This document shows positions 1 through 9,098 of a stretch of 62,394 bases of DNA, piece by piece; within the stretch, counting starts at the first letter, position 1, and every line of letters starts with the position of its first letter. The DNA comes from Acutalibacteraceae bacterium (GTDB lineage: Bacteria > Bacillota > Clostridia > Oscillospirales > Acutalibacteraceae). Under the pieces are notes generated by a model. That model saw only the letters and a list, made by a program, of their open reading frames with translations. It did no database searches and had not been told where the DNA came from. Made by a program: the position numbers and the translations under genes. The stretch is taken from the NCBI GenBank assembly GCA_045642495.1, contig JAZUJA010000087.1, forward strand, positions 1 to 62,394. The letters run 5' to 3'.

Positions 1-16
1 TTCACTCCGATTTATA

Positions 17-955
17 CTATCTAAAATTTCTATGACAGTTTTGTTTTAAGAACGCCTTGATTTCTCCGTTGTCTTTGTTCTCGTAATAACCGATTAAAAG
101 CTTCTTGAATTCGGACACGTGGTTTTCGGGAATAACTAAAAGACCGCCCGCCTTTGAAATTAAATAGTGATTTGCAAAAATCACAGATGCACGCTTATTT
201 CCGTCATTGAAAATCTGTGTTTTCATACAGTAAAGGCATAGTTCTATGGCAATATTTATCGGCTCATCGTCTTTACCGATAATATCTAAAATGTTTTCTA
301 TAACAACGGTTTCTATTGGCAAAGGCGGAATATAAGAAGTGCCGCCAATGGTTACAGGCACACCGCGAATTCTACCGCCGCTTGCAAAAAAACCTTCGTT
401 CACAAGCTTTGCAATATGGCAAAGGATAGAATAATCACTTTTTACCTGCAAAACATCCTTGTCTAAAATAAATTCCCATGCATGTTTAAGATTTAATATT
501 TTTTGGACATCGCTGGCGGTTACACCGTTGACCTTTCCGTTTTCAATAATATCCTCGGTTTGTGGGAAAGAGGTTGCAACCCCCTCTAAAACAGCCTGCT
601 CGTAAATGGAGAGTTTCATATTCATTCGAGCAAAATCAAGGTTTAAAAGAACGTCCAGAGATAATTCGTTTTCCGTAAATCCTTTTTTGGCAAGCGCTTT
701 TTCAACTTTGCGAATTTGCTTTCTTAAGTCTTTTGCTTCAGCATTATTGCGAAGCAATAATTGATAAAGGGTATCGGAATACACACCAACATAGGTTGAT
801 GTTACACGGCTACCAACACGCTTGCGGACATATAGATATTTACCGCTTTTGTTTTCCTTTATTTCGGGTGTGCCGTCATAAGCCAATAATTTGAGTCGGG
901 CATTCAAATCGGCACGTTGCTCTAATAATTCTTGTATTTCGGGATAATTGTTCAT
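17..955 (-). CDS. Fic/Doc-family protein with a long N-terminal extension. The core motif is Doc-like (QIFNDGNKR) but lacks the catalytic His.
   Basis: ORF 17..979. I moved the start to the ATG at 955 (MNNYPEIQ), 7 nt downstream of AAAGGAG. The segment TQIFNDGNKRASVIFANHYL parallels the recalled P1 Doc core GHIFNDANKRTALNSALLFL and the Fic signature HxFx(D/E)GN(G/K)R. Confidence 0.6.
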   Translation of the reverse strand: MNNYPEIQELLEQRADLNARLKLLAYDGTPEIKENKSGKYLYVRKRVGSRVTSTYVGVYSDTLYQLLLRNNAEAKDLRKQIRKVEKALAKKGFTENELSLDVLLNLDFARMNMKLSIYEQAVLEGVATSFPQTEDIIENGKVNGVTASDVQKILNLKHAWEFILDKDVLQVKSDYSILCHIAKLVNEGFFASGGRIRGVPVTIGGTSYIPPLPIETVVIENILDIIGKDDEPINIAIELCLYCMKTQIFNDGNKRASVIFANHYLISKAGGLLVIPENHVSEFKKLLIGYYENKDNGEIKAFLKQNCHRNFR

Positions 956-1092
956 AATAAAACTCCTTTTAGGGAACATTTTATAAATTTATTGTAATAG
1001 TTATTCCCTAAAATGTCAAGAATTATTCATTGACACCTTTCGACAAGTTTTGTATAGCGATACATAGTGTGGTGGAGAGATATAAATAGATA

Positions 1093-1121
1093 TTGCAATA
1101 ATTTGCTATTTGTTGTATAAT
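1093..1121 (+). promoter_or_regulatory. Sigma-A-like promoter for the LRR lipoprotein gene
   Basis: TTGCAA (1093-1098), 17-nt spacer, TATAAT (1116-1121), about 35 nt upstream of the start at 1157. Confidence 0.5.
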
Positions 1122-1156
1122 ACAATCATATATCCATTATGATTGGGGAAAACAAA

Positions 1157-2044
1157 ATGAAAAAGGCCTTAGCAATAATTTTATCGATTTGTTTTGTATT
1201 GTGCTTAACTGCTTGTAGCAAAAATAAAACCTCAAATGATGTAGATAGTAGCACTCAAACGGAGGAAAAGATTTCTTTTTCAACTAATTCTATTGATTTA
1301 ACGGTTGGTTCTACTGCTCCGTTAAAAATCGAAACAAACATCGATGTTAATAAAGTTGTTTTTTCTTCCTCTGATGAAGATATTGCAAAATATTTTGACG
1401 GAGAGGTGTTAGGAAAAAACAAAGGCGAATGCACGATTATAGCAACCACTCCAAATGGTACAAAAGCGGAGTGTGTTGTTAAAGTAAACGCTAAAGTTAT
1501 ATATGAGGGAAAATGTGGAGAAAATATTATATGGAAGTATCTTGAAGATGCTACCCTTGTCTTTAGTGGCACAGGGGAAATGCAGGAATATTATGACGAT
1601 ATTTGGTACCAACCTGCTAATGTTTTAATTCCTTGGCATACCTATTCGCCTTGGGTAAAGGAAATTGTTATAGAAGAGGGCATTACTAGTATTGCTGCAT
1701 TTGCATTTATTGATTGTAAAGCGTGTAAAAAAATCACAATTCCTAATAGTGTTTCAAAAATCGGATATTGTGCTTTTGAACATTGGACAAATTATGAAGG
1801 CTTTGTCCTTGGAAAAAATATTACCGAATTAGGAGCGATGGTTTTTCATTCTTGCAACTTTAATGTTTACTATGCGGGAACAAAAGAAGACTTTGATGCA
1901 ATTAAAAAAATTCCTCCTAAAGATTCTTATGATGTGATTAGATACGATTGGTCTTCCGAATTTAAAGGTAAACTTTTGTATTATAGCGAAGTGCAGCAAA
2001 GTGATTGTTGGCGTTATGTAAACGGCGTTCCAACAGCATGGTAA
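1157..2044 (+). CDS. Surface lipoprotein with an Ig-like (Big_2-type) domain and a BspA-type leucine-rich-repeat region
   Basis: Signal peptide with lipobox MKKALAIILSICFVLCLTAC. The segment IDLTVGSTAPLKIETN...CTIIATTPNGTKAECVVKV is Big_2-like. The segment ITSIAAFAFIDCKACKKITIPNSVSKIGYCAFEH...ITELGAMVFHSC resembles BspA-like LRRs. Confidence 0.6.
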   Translation: MKKALAIILSICFVLCLTACSKNKTSNDVDSSTQTEEKISFSTNSIDLTVGSTAPLKIETNIDVNKVVFSSSDEDIAKYFDGEVLGKNKGECTIIATTPNGTKAECVVKVNAKVIYEGKCGENIIWKYLEDATLVFSGTGEMQEYYDDIWYQPANVLIPWHTYSPWVKEIVIEEGITSIAAFAFIDCKACKKITIPNSVSKIGYCAFEHWTNYEGFVLGKNITELGAMVFHSCNFNVYYAGTKEDFDAIKKIPPKDSYDVIRYDWSSEFKGKLLYYSEVQQSDCWRYVNGVPTAW

Positions 2045-2061
2045 ATTATAATTAAATAAAA

Positions 2062-2090
2062 GTATAAATCTCCTCGTTTTACAGATACTA
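2062..2090 (+). promoter_or_regulatory. Candidate forespore (sigma-G/F-type) promoter for spoVT
   Basis: GTATA (2062-2066), 17-nt spacer, GATACTA (2084-2090). Compared with the recalled sigma-G consensus GHATR-N17/18-CATXHTA, there is one mismatch in the -10 element. Confidence 0.3.
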
Positions 2091-2126
2091 ACAGTACAAA
2101 ATTGTAAAGTAAGGAGATTTTTATAT

Positions 2127-2657
2127 ATGAGAGCAACGGGAATAGTTCGAAGAATAGATGATTTGGGGCGGGTTGTGATACCAAAGGAGATACGCCGCAC
2201 AATGCGCATCCGCGAGGGCGACCCGCTTGAAATTTACACCGATGGCGGCGGGGAGGTCATTTTCAAAAAATATTCGCCGATAGGCGAGAGGATTGAAGCG
2301 GCGGAGGAATGCGTTAAGGCGCTTGCAAGCCACACGGCGCTTTATGTTGCGATTTGCGACCGAGAACGGTGCATCACCTGCTCGGGAAAACTTAAAAACG
2401 ACATAAAGGATGCGCAGATAACAAAAGAATTGCAAAATATTATGGAGGAGCGCCGAACATTTTCTAATCCGCAAAGTCAGGCGATGGCGTTCAAGGGCTC
2501 GGAGCTTAGCATCGCGGCGGCTTCACCCATTGTAACGCAGGGGGATGTTGCGGGGTGTGTTTTGCTTATTAAAAACGAAAAGCAGAGCACTGCCGGGGAG
2601 ACCGACATAAAGCTCTGCTCGCTCATTTCAAAAATATTGGAAGAAAAAACCGAATAA
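2127..2657 (+). CDS. spoVT: Stage V sporulation protein T (AbrB-type N-terminal domain plus GAF-like C-terminal domain)
   Basis: The N-terminus MRATGIVRRIDDLGRVVIPKEIRRTMRIREGDPLEIY is the SpoVT/AbrB swapped-hairpin motif. The 176-aa length fits SpoVT. RBS AAGGAG lies upstream. Confidence 0.9.
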   Translation: MRATGIVRRIDDLGRVVIPKEIRRTMRIREGDPLEIYTDGGGEVIFKKYSPIGERIEAAEECVKALASHTALYVAICDRERCITCSGKLKNDIKDAQITKELQNIMEERRTFSNPQSQAMAFKGSELSIAAASPIVTQGDVAGCVLLIKNEKQSTAGETDIKLCSLISKILEEKTE

Positions 2658-2661
2658 AAAA

Positions 2662-2706
2662 ATCCGCTGTGAAAACCGCAAAGTCATCACAGCGGATATG
2701 TTTTTG
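2662..2706. terminator. Bidirectional intrinsic terminator between spoVT and the convergent lipoprotein gene
   Basis: Stem ATCCGCTGTGA (2662-2672) pairs with TCACAGCGGAT (2687-2697). An A-run precedes it and TTTTT follows. Confidence 0.8.
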
Positions 2707-2712
2707 CTTTGA

Positions 2713-3015
2713 TTAAACACCTAAATCGGCAACATCAGAAACCGTAGTTGCAGATTGAGTGTCAGCAGTCTGGGAAGAACTGCCGTTATCATCAAGATCA
2801 TGAGAAGTTGTTTCTTCGGAAGGACTTGAAGATTCAGTCGAAGAATCACCGACTTCGGAAACATCGTTTCCGCCGCCGCCTTCTTCAATAACCTCAAATT
2901 CCTCGCTGGCGGAAGAAACGATTTCTGATGAGGTGTCTTTATTATCAGAACCTTTGCACGCAGCGAGCGCAAAGATAAGAGAAAGCACTAAAACAAAAGT
3001 AAATATTTTTTTCAT
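2713..3015 (-). CDS. Small Ser/Thr/Asp/Glu-rich lipoprotein, predicted to be disordered
   Basis: MKKIFTFVLVLSLIFALAAC lipobox, followed by low-complexity acidic S/T-rich sequence. The start could instead be the GTG at 3030. Confidence 0.6.
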   Translation of the reverse strand: MKKIFTFVLVLSLIFALAACKGSDNKDTSSEIVSSASEEFEVIEEGGGGNDVSEVGDSSTESSSPSEETTSHDLDDNGSSSQTADTQSATTVSDVADLGV

Positions 3016-3089
3016 AAAACATACCGTCACTTTCTAGTATTTTACACATACAATACTAACATAAAAGCGATTTTTTGTCAATAGTTACA

Positions 3090-5381
3090 TTATTTTACCG
3101 TTTTAAGAGTTACGCATAAAACCGAAATATCATCTTTTTTTCTGCCCGACCGTCTGGAAGCAGACATGGCGATATGCTCGCTTACCTCGTTTGAACTTTC
3201 AAATGTTTTGCATTCGAGATCCTTTCGTATCCACTCCGTTCCGTCACAAACGGCGCCGTCACTTAACATCAGCAGGCGATCGTTTTCTTTAAGCTTTATG
3301 GCGGCCTTATCAAAGCGGACTTCATCAAGAATGCCTATCGGCAGGGACGAACATTCCGCCTTGCCCGTTCTGCCGTTTTTTATGACTACCGTTGGCGCGG
3401 CACCTGCCTTGTAAACATCGCAAAAACCGGTGAATAAATCAAGCACCAAAACATCAAGCGTTGCGGTTGTTTCGTCACTTGATTTGCAGGAAAAAGCGGT
3501 GTTGATTATTTTCAGCGCCGTCGGCGGCTCAAAACCGCTTTCCATCAGCCTTAACATACAGCTTGCGGCAAACGCTGAGTCAACCGCCGCCCGTCCGCCC
3601 GTGCCCATTCCGTCGGATAAAACGCATATAAGCCGCCCCGGCGTTACAAGCGCATAACGGAAGGTATCGCCGCAGGGATCGTTTTCCTTTGCAGGCAGAG
3701 AGCATATTCCGATTTCCGCCTTATAAAGCGGCAGTTCGCAAATGCTTATATTAACGGCGCTTTCGCCCTTTGTTATCTGCGGCACATCCATTCGTCGCTC
3801 ACAAGCGGCGGAAACTGCCCTTAAAACCTGCATTTTATTTATAACGGCGCCGCCGGTCGGCACAGCGTCCATCGAAAGTTTTATTCTGCCGAAACGGTCG
3901 GTTCGGCAAACGGCGGAAAGCGGTTTTATACCAAGACTTTTAAGTGCCGAAGCGGCTTTAAGGGCGGTTTTTCGGTCATATTTTTCAAATCGGTCTATAT
4001 CGCCGGCGGCACTTTTAAGAATTTCCGCGGTGCAACGATATTGCCCGCCTATCACCTGCTGCATAGCGGCGGCACGGCGCTCAGCCGCGCAAAGCTCCTT
4101 AAAATTCGCAAATTCCGTGCGAACGGCATTTCCGAAGCTCACGCTGTGCAAACATCTTGCGGAAAATTCGGCGGGAAACGCCTCTGCCCTTTCGGGCGGA
4201 AGGTCAATATGATTTATGTAATGCTTAACGGCGGCTTTGGTATCCTCTCTTTTGCTTTCCCAACAATGCACCCTAAGCGAACATTCACCGCACACCTTTG
4301 CCTCGATTTTTGAAAGCATAACTCGATAATCCGGGCGGTTGAGCGTGTTTAGTCGGGCGCTTACCCTTTCTGCGGTTTTTGAAACATCAAGCAAAGCAAG
4401 TGAAGCATTGTTTATCCGCATTTTTATTTCCTTTGCTGCGTCTTTGCCGACATCGCTTTCGGGAATAAGCGACAGCTGGGACCCGATAAAGCGCAAAAAC
4501 CCTTTCGGCGCGATAAGAAAAATTATTGTTCCGGAGATACATTCGGCAAAAAGCGGAGCGATACTGTTCGGCGCAATCAAAACAAAAGAAAGCAGGGTGC
4601 AAAAAAGTGTTCCGAGGGCGGTTATGATTCGGTGCTTGTCCGAAAGAACACCGGCGATCACTCCCAAAAACGCATAAACGCCGTACACTCGCGCGTTTCC
4701 CCCAAGCATTGTTGAAAGCGAAAATGCCGCGCCGAAAACCGTTGCCGGAAGAAGTCCGCCGTATTCCGAGGCGATAAGAATTACGGCGGCGGCAACGATT
4801 CCCGCAGGGCGAACACCGCCGATCGCCGTCGGCAAAAGACCCATTGTCGCGATGGCGCATGTTATGGCAATGCTTGCAAGCTCAAAAGGCAAAAGGCCGC
4901 CCTTTTCGCCGGGGTTTGTATGCGCCGCAACCGAAAAAACATATCCGCCGAGTGCGCTTGTCAATCCCTCGCAGATGAGAAGCGGCACGCTGTGATCTGC
5001 GGGGGCAACGGTTATGGTGCACATAAGCGTTAAAAATGCCAGAATGGCAGAAAACAGAGGGTTATCGTTTAATCTTTTATAAACCGAAACAAGCATTTTA
5101 ATAGCCGCTGCCGCGATAAGCGATGCGATGTACCGAAAAGCGCCGGAGCCGGTTGCCGGGAAGAAATATCCGATAACTCCGCCAACCGCCGCGGCAGGCA
5201 CATAATCGGGCGAAACGGCGCAAACAAATGCCGTTCCAAACGGCAGAGAATTGCCGAAAACAATTGTTTTTGCCGTTAAAAATCCCAAAATTCCGTATAG
5301 GGTATGAGCCATAACGGCATGTCCGATTTCCCTGTTTTTTTCGTTTTCAAAGATCGCGCTTTTAAGCACTTTTTCCTTCAT
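3090..5381 (-). CDS. spoIIE: Stage II sporulation protein E (polytopic membrane domain plus PP2C phosphatase)
   Basis: Multiple N-terminal transmembrane segments and a C-terminal PP2C signature (LSDGMGTGGRAAVDS ... LLMLSDGA). I moved the start to MKEKVLKS (5381). The ORF-track extension to 5501 runs into the upstream terminator. Confidence 0.9.
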   Translation of the reverse strand: MKEKVLKSAIFENEKNREIGHAVMAHTLYGILGFLTAKTIVFGNSLPFGTAFVCAVSPDYVPAAAVGGVIGYFFPATGSGAFRYIASLIAAAAIKMLVSVYKRLNDNPLFSAILAFLTLMCTITVAPADHSVPLLICEGLTSALGGYVFSVAAHTNPGEKGGLLPFELASIAITCAIATMGLLPTAIGGVRPAGIVAAAVILIASEYGGLLPATVFGAAFSLSTMLGGNARVYGVYAFLGVIAGVLSDKHRIITALGTLFCTLLSFVLIAPNSIAPLFAECISGTIIFLIAPKGFLRFIGSQLSLIPESDVGKDAAKEIKMRINNASLALLDVSKTAERVSARLNTLNRPDYRVMLSKIEAKVCGECSLRVHCWESKREDTKAAVKHYINHIDLPPERAEAFPAEFSARCLHSVSFGNAVRTEFANFKELCAAERRAAAMQQVIGGQYRCTAEILKSAAGDIDRFEKYDRKTALKAASALKSLGIKPLSAVCRTDRFGRIKLSMDAVPTGGAVINKMQVLRAVSAACERRMDVPQITKGESAVNISICELPLYKAEIGICSLPAKENDPCGDTFRYALVTPGRLICVLSDGMGTGGRAAVDSAFAASCMLRLMESGFEPPTALKIINTAFSCKSSDETTATLDVLVLDLFTGFCDVYKAGAAPTVVIKNGRTGKAECSSLPIGILDEVRFDKAAIKLKENDRLLMLSDGAVCDGTEWIRKDLECKTFESSNEVSEHIAMSASRRSGRKKDDISVLCVTLKTVK

Positions 5382-5501
5382 AAAAAACACCGCCTTTTTC
5401 GTTTCAATATGGATTATAAAACGGTGCGCGCGAATATAATGTCGCAATATAAACGCGCAATTTGTAATCTTTTGCAAAATTGCCGAAGGCATACCGAACA
5501 T

Positions 5502-5533
5502 AAAAAATCGGGGCGATCATTGACCGTCCCGAT
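5502..5533 (-). terminator. Intrinsic terminator after the DUF3048-like gene
   Basis: On the minus strand, ATCGGGACG...CGCCCCGAT forms a 9-bp stem (5507-5515 with 5525-5533, one G-U pair) followed by TTTTTT. Confidence 0.7.
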
Positions 5534-5549
5534 AAATTATTGCTTTTGT

Positions 5550-6584
5550 TTACTGGAATGTTGCGTGGGTGGTGGATTCGTTAACAAGATATACCCAAGA
5601 AGTGCCGGTGTTGATTTTAAGCGGGTTGCCGGCTTCATCTGTGAATTTAATTTCGTTGGTGGAAGCACCCTTGCTCCAGCGGATAGGCGTATATGTGCCG
5701 TTAACGGCATAGTATCCTGTTCCTCCGTCAAGATAAACCTGGCGGTGATAACCGTCCGGATAATTCACGATAGATGTGTTAAGTACAAAAATGTTCTTGA
5801 ACTGCAGGGTTTCGCCGGTAACATAGTCGGTGCGGGTTGAACCGCCGGTGCGTCTTACATACATTTTAGTGTTCGCGTCATAATCAAACCCTGCGGAATA
5901 ATTGAAAGGAACGGTTATTGTATTTGCGATTTGAGTCTCGCCTGCAAAAACAACCTCTTCATCCTCGGCTGCAAAGGTCTGCCAGGTTTTGGTTTTATCG
6001 GTTGTTGTTCTTGAAAACTTTTCGTTGCAGCCGTTATAAAGCGTTTCGCCGAATGAATAAAGGGTATGCTCTTTCGCAAGACCGTTTGAAATTCGCTTTG
6101 CGTAAACGTTTGTTTCAACCGAAATATCATCAATATCTTTAAGGTGAGGCGCGCAGTAGGTCGGGTCTTGACCGCAATGGATATACATAGCATCGTGACC
6201 GAGCGCCAAGTCAACATAAGGATAACGTGCGGAACGGATCGGACCTATCTGACCGACCTTATTTATGTCCTTGAAAACAGCCATAAGTCTTGTTATTCCG
6301 CCTTCAACCTCGGTTTCATAAACAATGTCCGCCTTGCCGACACCGGTTTGAACCTGCTGAGCAATGCTCATATTATTTACCATAACCGCAACGGGACGGC
6401 GGCTTAAAAGAGAGGGGTCAAGATCTTGAATTCCGGTAAAGGGATTTACTGCGTTTTTATTCACGGGCTCTGCCGGAGCAGAAACCGGTTCACTGCTTTC
6501 TGTAAGGGGGTCAAGCTTTGATTTGCATCCGCAAAGAGCGATGAAAACAAGGCATAACAAAGCTGCCGCCAATCTTTTTTTCAT
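5550..6584 (-). CDS. DUF3048 (YerB-like) lipoprotein
   Basis: Lipobox LCLVFIALCGC. The block RRPVAVMVNNMSIAQQVQTGVGKADIVYETEVEGGITRLMAVF matches my memory of the DUF3048 family. Confidence 0.7.
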   Translation of the reverse strand: MKKRLAAALLCLVFIALCGCKSKLDPLTESSEPVSAPAEPVNKNAVNPFTGIQDLDPSLLSRRPVAVMVNNMSIAQQVQTGVGKADIVYETEVEGGITRLMAVFKDINKVGQIGPIRSARYPYVDLALGHDAMYIHCGQDPTYCAPHLKDIDDISVETNVYAKRISNGLAKEHTLYSFGETLYNGCNEKFSRTTTDKTKTWQTFAAEDEEVVFAGETQIANTITVPFNYSAGFDYDANTKMYVRRTGGSTRTDYVTGETLQFKNIFVLNTSIVNYPDGYHRQVYLDGGTGYYAVNGTYTPIRWSKGASTNEIKFTDEAGNPLKINTGTSWVYLVNESTTHATFQ

Positions 6585-6768
6585 AAAATTACCTCCGATA
6601 AAAAATACTGTGATGTGTAATATACACTATGTTGTATTATACCATTCAAGAGCCACTATTTCAAGGGGGCAAACAAATAAATCTTAATAGTTGTTTTTGG
6701 GGTTGTTTTAATAGTTAATATGTGTTATTATATACAATGTATAATTATTTTTATTAGGAAGTGCGCAT

Positions 6769-7908
6769 TTGGAAGACTTTGTGTATCTTGATAACAGTTC
6801 AACCACCGCGCCATGCAAAACGGCGATTAAATACATAAATGAAGCATTAACAACCGATTGGGGAAACCCTTCAAGCCTGCACTCGTTTGGCTTTAATGCC
6901 GAGCGCAGAATAACCGCGGCGCGTAAGGCGGCGGCAAAAATGATAGGCGCCCGTGAGGATGAGATTTATTTCACATCCTGCGGCACCGAGGGTGATAACC
7001 TTGCCATAATTTCGGCGGCAAGGGCAAACAAGCGAAAAGGCAATAAAATCGTTACATCCTCGGTTGAGCATCCGGCGGTGCTTAATACGGTTAAAAGACT
7101 CTGCGAAGAAGGCTTTGAAGCGGTTTATCTTAAACCCGATAAATCGGGAAAGATTACAAAAGAGCAGTTAACGGAAGCGATTGACGGCAAAACTATCCTT
7201 GTAAGCCTTATGCTTGTTAACAACGAAACCGGCGCTATAATGCCGGTAAGTGAAATCAAGGCGGTGGCAAAGCTTAATAATTCCCCCTGCCTTATCCACA
7301 CCGATTGCGTTCAGGCGTTTGGCAAAATGCCCATTGATGTTAACCGTCTCGGCGTTGATTTGCTGACGGTCAGCGGTCATAAAATTCACGGTCCTAAGGG
7401 CATCGGTTTTCAGTATATCAAAAAAGGGGTTAACATAAAACCGATAATTACGGGCGGCGGTCAGGAAAAAGGTATGCGCTCGGGAACAGAAAGCGTTCCG
7501 CTTATTTCGGGACTTTTCGGCGCTATTGAGGAACTGCCCGATATAAAAACTCAACTTGAAAAAATGCGCGAGCTTCGCGATTATACGCAAAAAAGGCTTG
7601 CTGAGGAATTGCCGATAGCGGTCAACTCCCCCGAGGACGCTTTGCCGTATATTCTCAATATTTCTCTGCCCGGTTACCGTTCGGAAACGCTGCTTCATTT
7701 TCTTGAAGCGCAGGGCGTTTATGTTTCCTCGGGCTCTGCCTGTGCAAAGGGCAAGGGAAGCTTTGTTCTTAACGAAATGGGACTTTGCAGAGAGCGAATA
7801 GATTCGGCTTTGCGAATAAGTTTTTCAAGATATAACACAAAAGACGATGCAGAAAAATTGGTTTCGGCACTGAAAAGTGCCGCGGATAAATTAAGGAAGG
7901 CAAACTGA
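6769..7908 (+). CDS. Class V aminotransferase-fold cysteine desulfurase (NifS/NifZ-like), paired with thiI
   Basis: YLDNSSTT start, SGHKIHGPKGIG PLP-lysine motif and SSGSAC active-site loop. TTG start follows AGGAAG. The stop overlaps the thiI ATG (TGATG). Confidence 0.85.
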   Translation: MEDFVYLDNSSTTAPCKTAIKYINEALTTDWGNPSSLHSFGFNAERRITAARKAAAKMIGAREDEIYFTSCGTEGDNLAIISAARANKRKGNKIVTSSVEHPAVLNTVKRLCEEGFEAVYLKPDKSGKITKEQLTEAIDGKTILVSLMLVNNETGAIMPVSEIKAVAKLNNSPCLIHTDCVQAFGKMPIDVNRLGVDLLTVSGHKIHGPKGIGFQYIKKGVNIKPIITGGGQEKGMRSGTESVPLISGLFGAIEELPDIKTQLEKMRELRDYTQKRLAEELPIAVNSPEDALPYILNISLPGYRSETLLHFLEAQGVYVSSGSACAKGKGSFVLNEMGLCRERIDSALRISFSRYNTKDDAEKLVSALKSAADKLRKAN

Positions 7909-9080
7909 TGAAAGAAGTTATTCTTATTAAAGACGGCGAGTTAGCGCTTAAAGGTCTTAACCGCAATGTTTTTGAAGATAAAATGATAAAGGCGATTAAA
8001 CGCCGCTTAAAGCCGCTTGGCGAAATTAAAATCACAAGGGCGCAAAGCACGGTTTATGTTGTGCCGCAGAATGATGATTTTGATTTTGAAAAGGCGCTTG
8101 ACCGAATGAAATATATTTTCGGTATTGCCGCGTTCAGCCGCGCAGGCGTTTGCGAAAAAAATATTGATGAAATTCTTAAAACCGCTCCTTGCTACCTTAA
8201 AGAAACGATGGAAAACATCAAAACCTTTAAGGTTGAGGCGAAAAGATCGGATAAAAAATTTCCGCTTAAATCCCCCGAGATCTGCGCCGAGGTCGGTGCG
8301 GCTTTGCTTTCAGCGTATCCGCATCTTCGCGTTGATGTTCATAATCCGCAGGAGACCGTTACGGTTGAAATAAGGGATGATTTCGCCTATATCCGCGCAG
8401 GGCAGATAAAGGGCGCAGGCGGTTTGCCAACGGGCACCGCGGGTCGTGCCGCCGTTCTTATTTCAGGTGGTATTGACAGTCCGGTTGCCGCATATAATAT
8501 GGCAAAAAGAGGACTTACGCTGAACGCCATTCATTTTGCTTCCCCGCCATACACAAGCATTCGTGCCGAGCAAAAGGTCAAGGATCTGCTTTCCTGTGTC
8601 GCAAAATACAGCGGACCTATTAAGCTTGCCATTGTTCCGTTTACAAAAATTCAGGAAGAAATCGGCAAATGCTGCCCCGAAGACTTTTTCACGCTTATTA
8701 TGCGCCGAATGATGATGCGCATATCCGAGATAATTGCAAGAAAAGATAATGCCGAGGCACTTATAACGGGCGAAAGCTTAGGTCAGGTTGCAAGTCAGAC
8801 CTTGCCTGCCATCGCCGCAACCGACGGCGTTTGCAATATGCCGGTTTTAAGGCCGCTTATCGGAATGGATAAAGAAGAAATCGTTGCTATTTCCAAAAAG
8901 ATAGAGGCGTTTGATATTTCCATTCTGCCTTATGAGGATTGCTGTACCGTATTTACGCCAAAGCATCCGCACACAAAGCCGAAGCCCGGTCAGTGTGAAA
9001 AGGCGGAGGAAAAGCTTCAAATTGAGCCGCTTATTGAAGAGGCAGTTAACGGAACTGAGTATACATTTATTGAATTTTAA
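7908..9080 (+). CDS. thiI: tRNA 4-thiouridine(8) synthase ThiI, short form without a rhodanese domain
   Basis: THUMP-like N-terminus and PP-loop LISGGIDSPVAAY. The 390-aa length fits Bacillus-type ThiI. Confidence 0.9.
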   Translation: MKEVILIKDGELALKGLNRNVFEDKMIKAIKRRLKPLGEIKITRAQSTVYVVPQNDDFDFEKALDRMKYIFGIAAFSRAGVCEKNIDEILKTAPCYLKETMENIKTFKVEAKRSDKKFPLKSPEICAEVGAALLSAYPHLRVDVHNPQETVTVEIRDDFAYIRAGQIKGAGGLPTGTAGRAAVLISGGIDSPVAAYNMAKRGLTLNAIHFASPPYTSIRAEQKVKDLLSCVAKYSGPIKLAIVPFTKIQEEIGKCCPEDFFTLIMRRMMMRISEIIARKDNAEALITGESLGQVASQTLPAIAATDGVCNMPVLRPLIGMDKEEIVAISKKIEAFDISILPYEDCCTVFTPKHPHTKPKPGQCEKAEEKLQIEPLIEEAVNGTEYTFIEF

Positions 9081-9098
9081 GATAAAGGGAGAATAAAA

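Noticed and set aside
5440-5446. TGTCGCA upstream of spoIIE, resembling a Spo0A box (TGTCGAA).
   Set aside because: It is a single 6/7 match in an 170-nt region. This is too weak to call without a positional weight matrix scan or conservation data.
5382-5501. N-terminal extensions offered by the ORF track for spoIIE and many other genes, including 956-979, 20419-20538, 27278-27352, 34451-34507, 37844-37873, 42346-42435, 48852-48893, 57582-57611 and 58336-58470.
   Set aside because: In each case an internal ATG, GTG or TTG is preceded by a good Shine-Dalgarno at 6-10 nt and begins the recognisable family N-terminus or signal peptide. The extensions overlap upstream genes, terminators or hairpins.
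6684-6716. Direct repeat TTAATAGTT (6684-6692 and 6708-6716) upstream of the desulfurase-thiI operon.
   Set aside because: It is a short repeat in very A+T-rich intergenic DNA, so chance occurrence is plausible. No known regulator motif was recognised.
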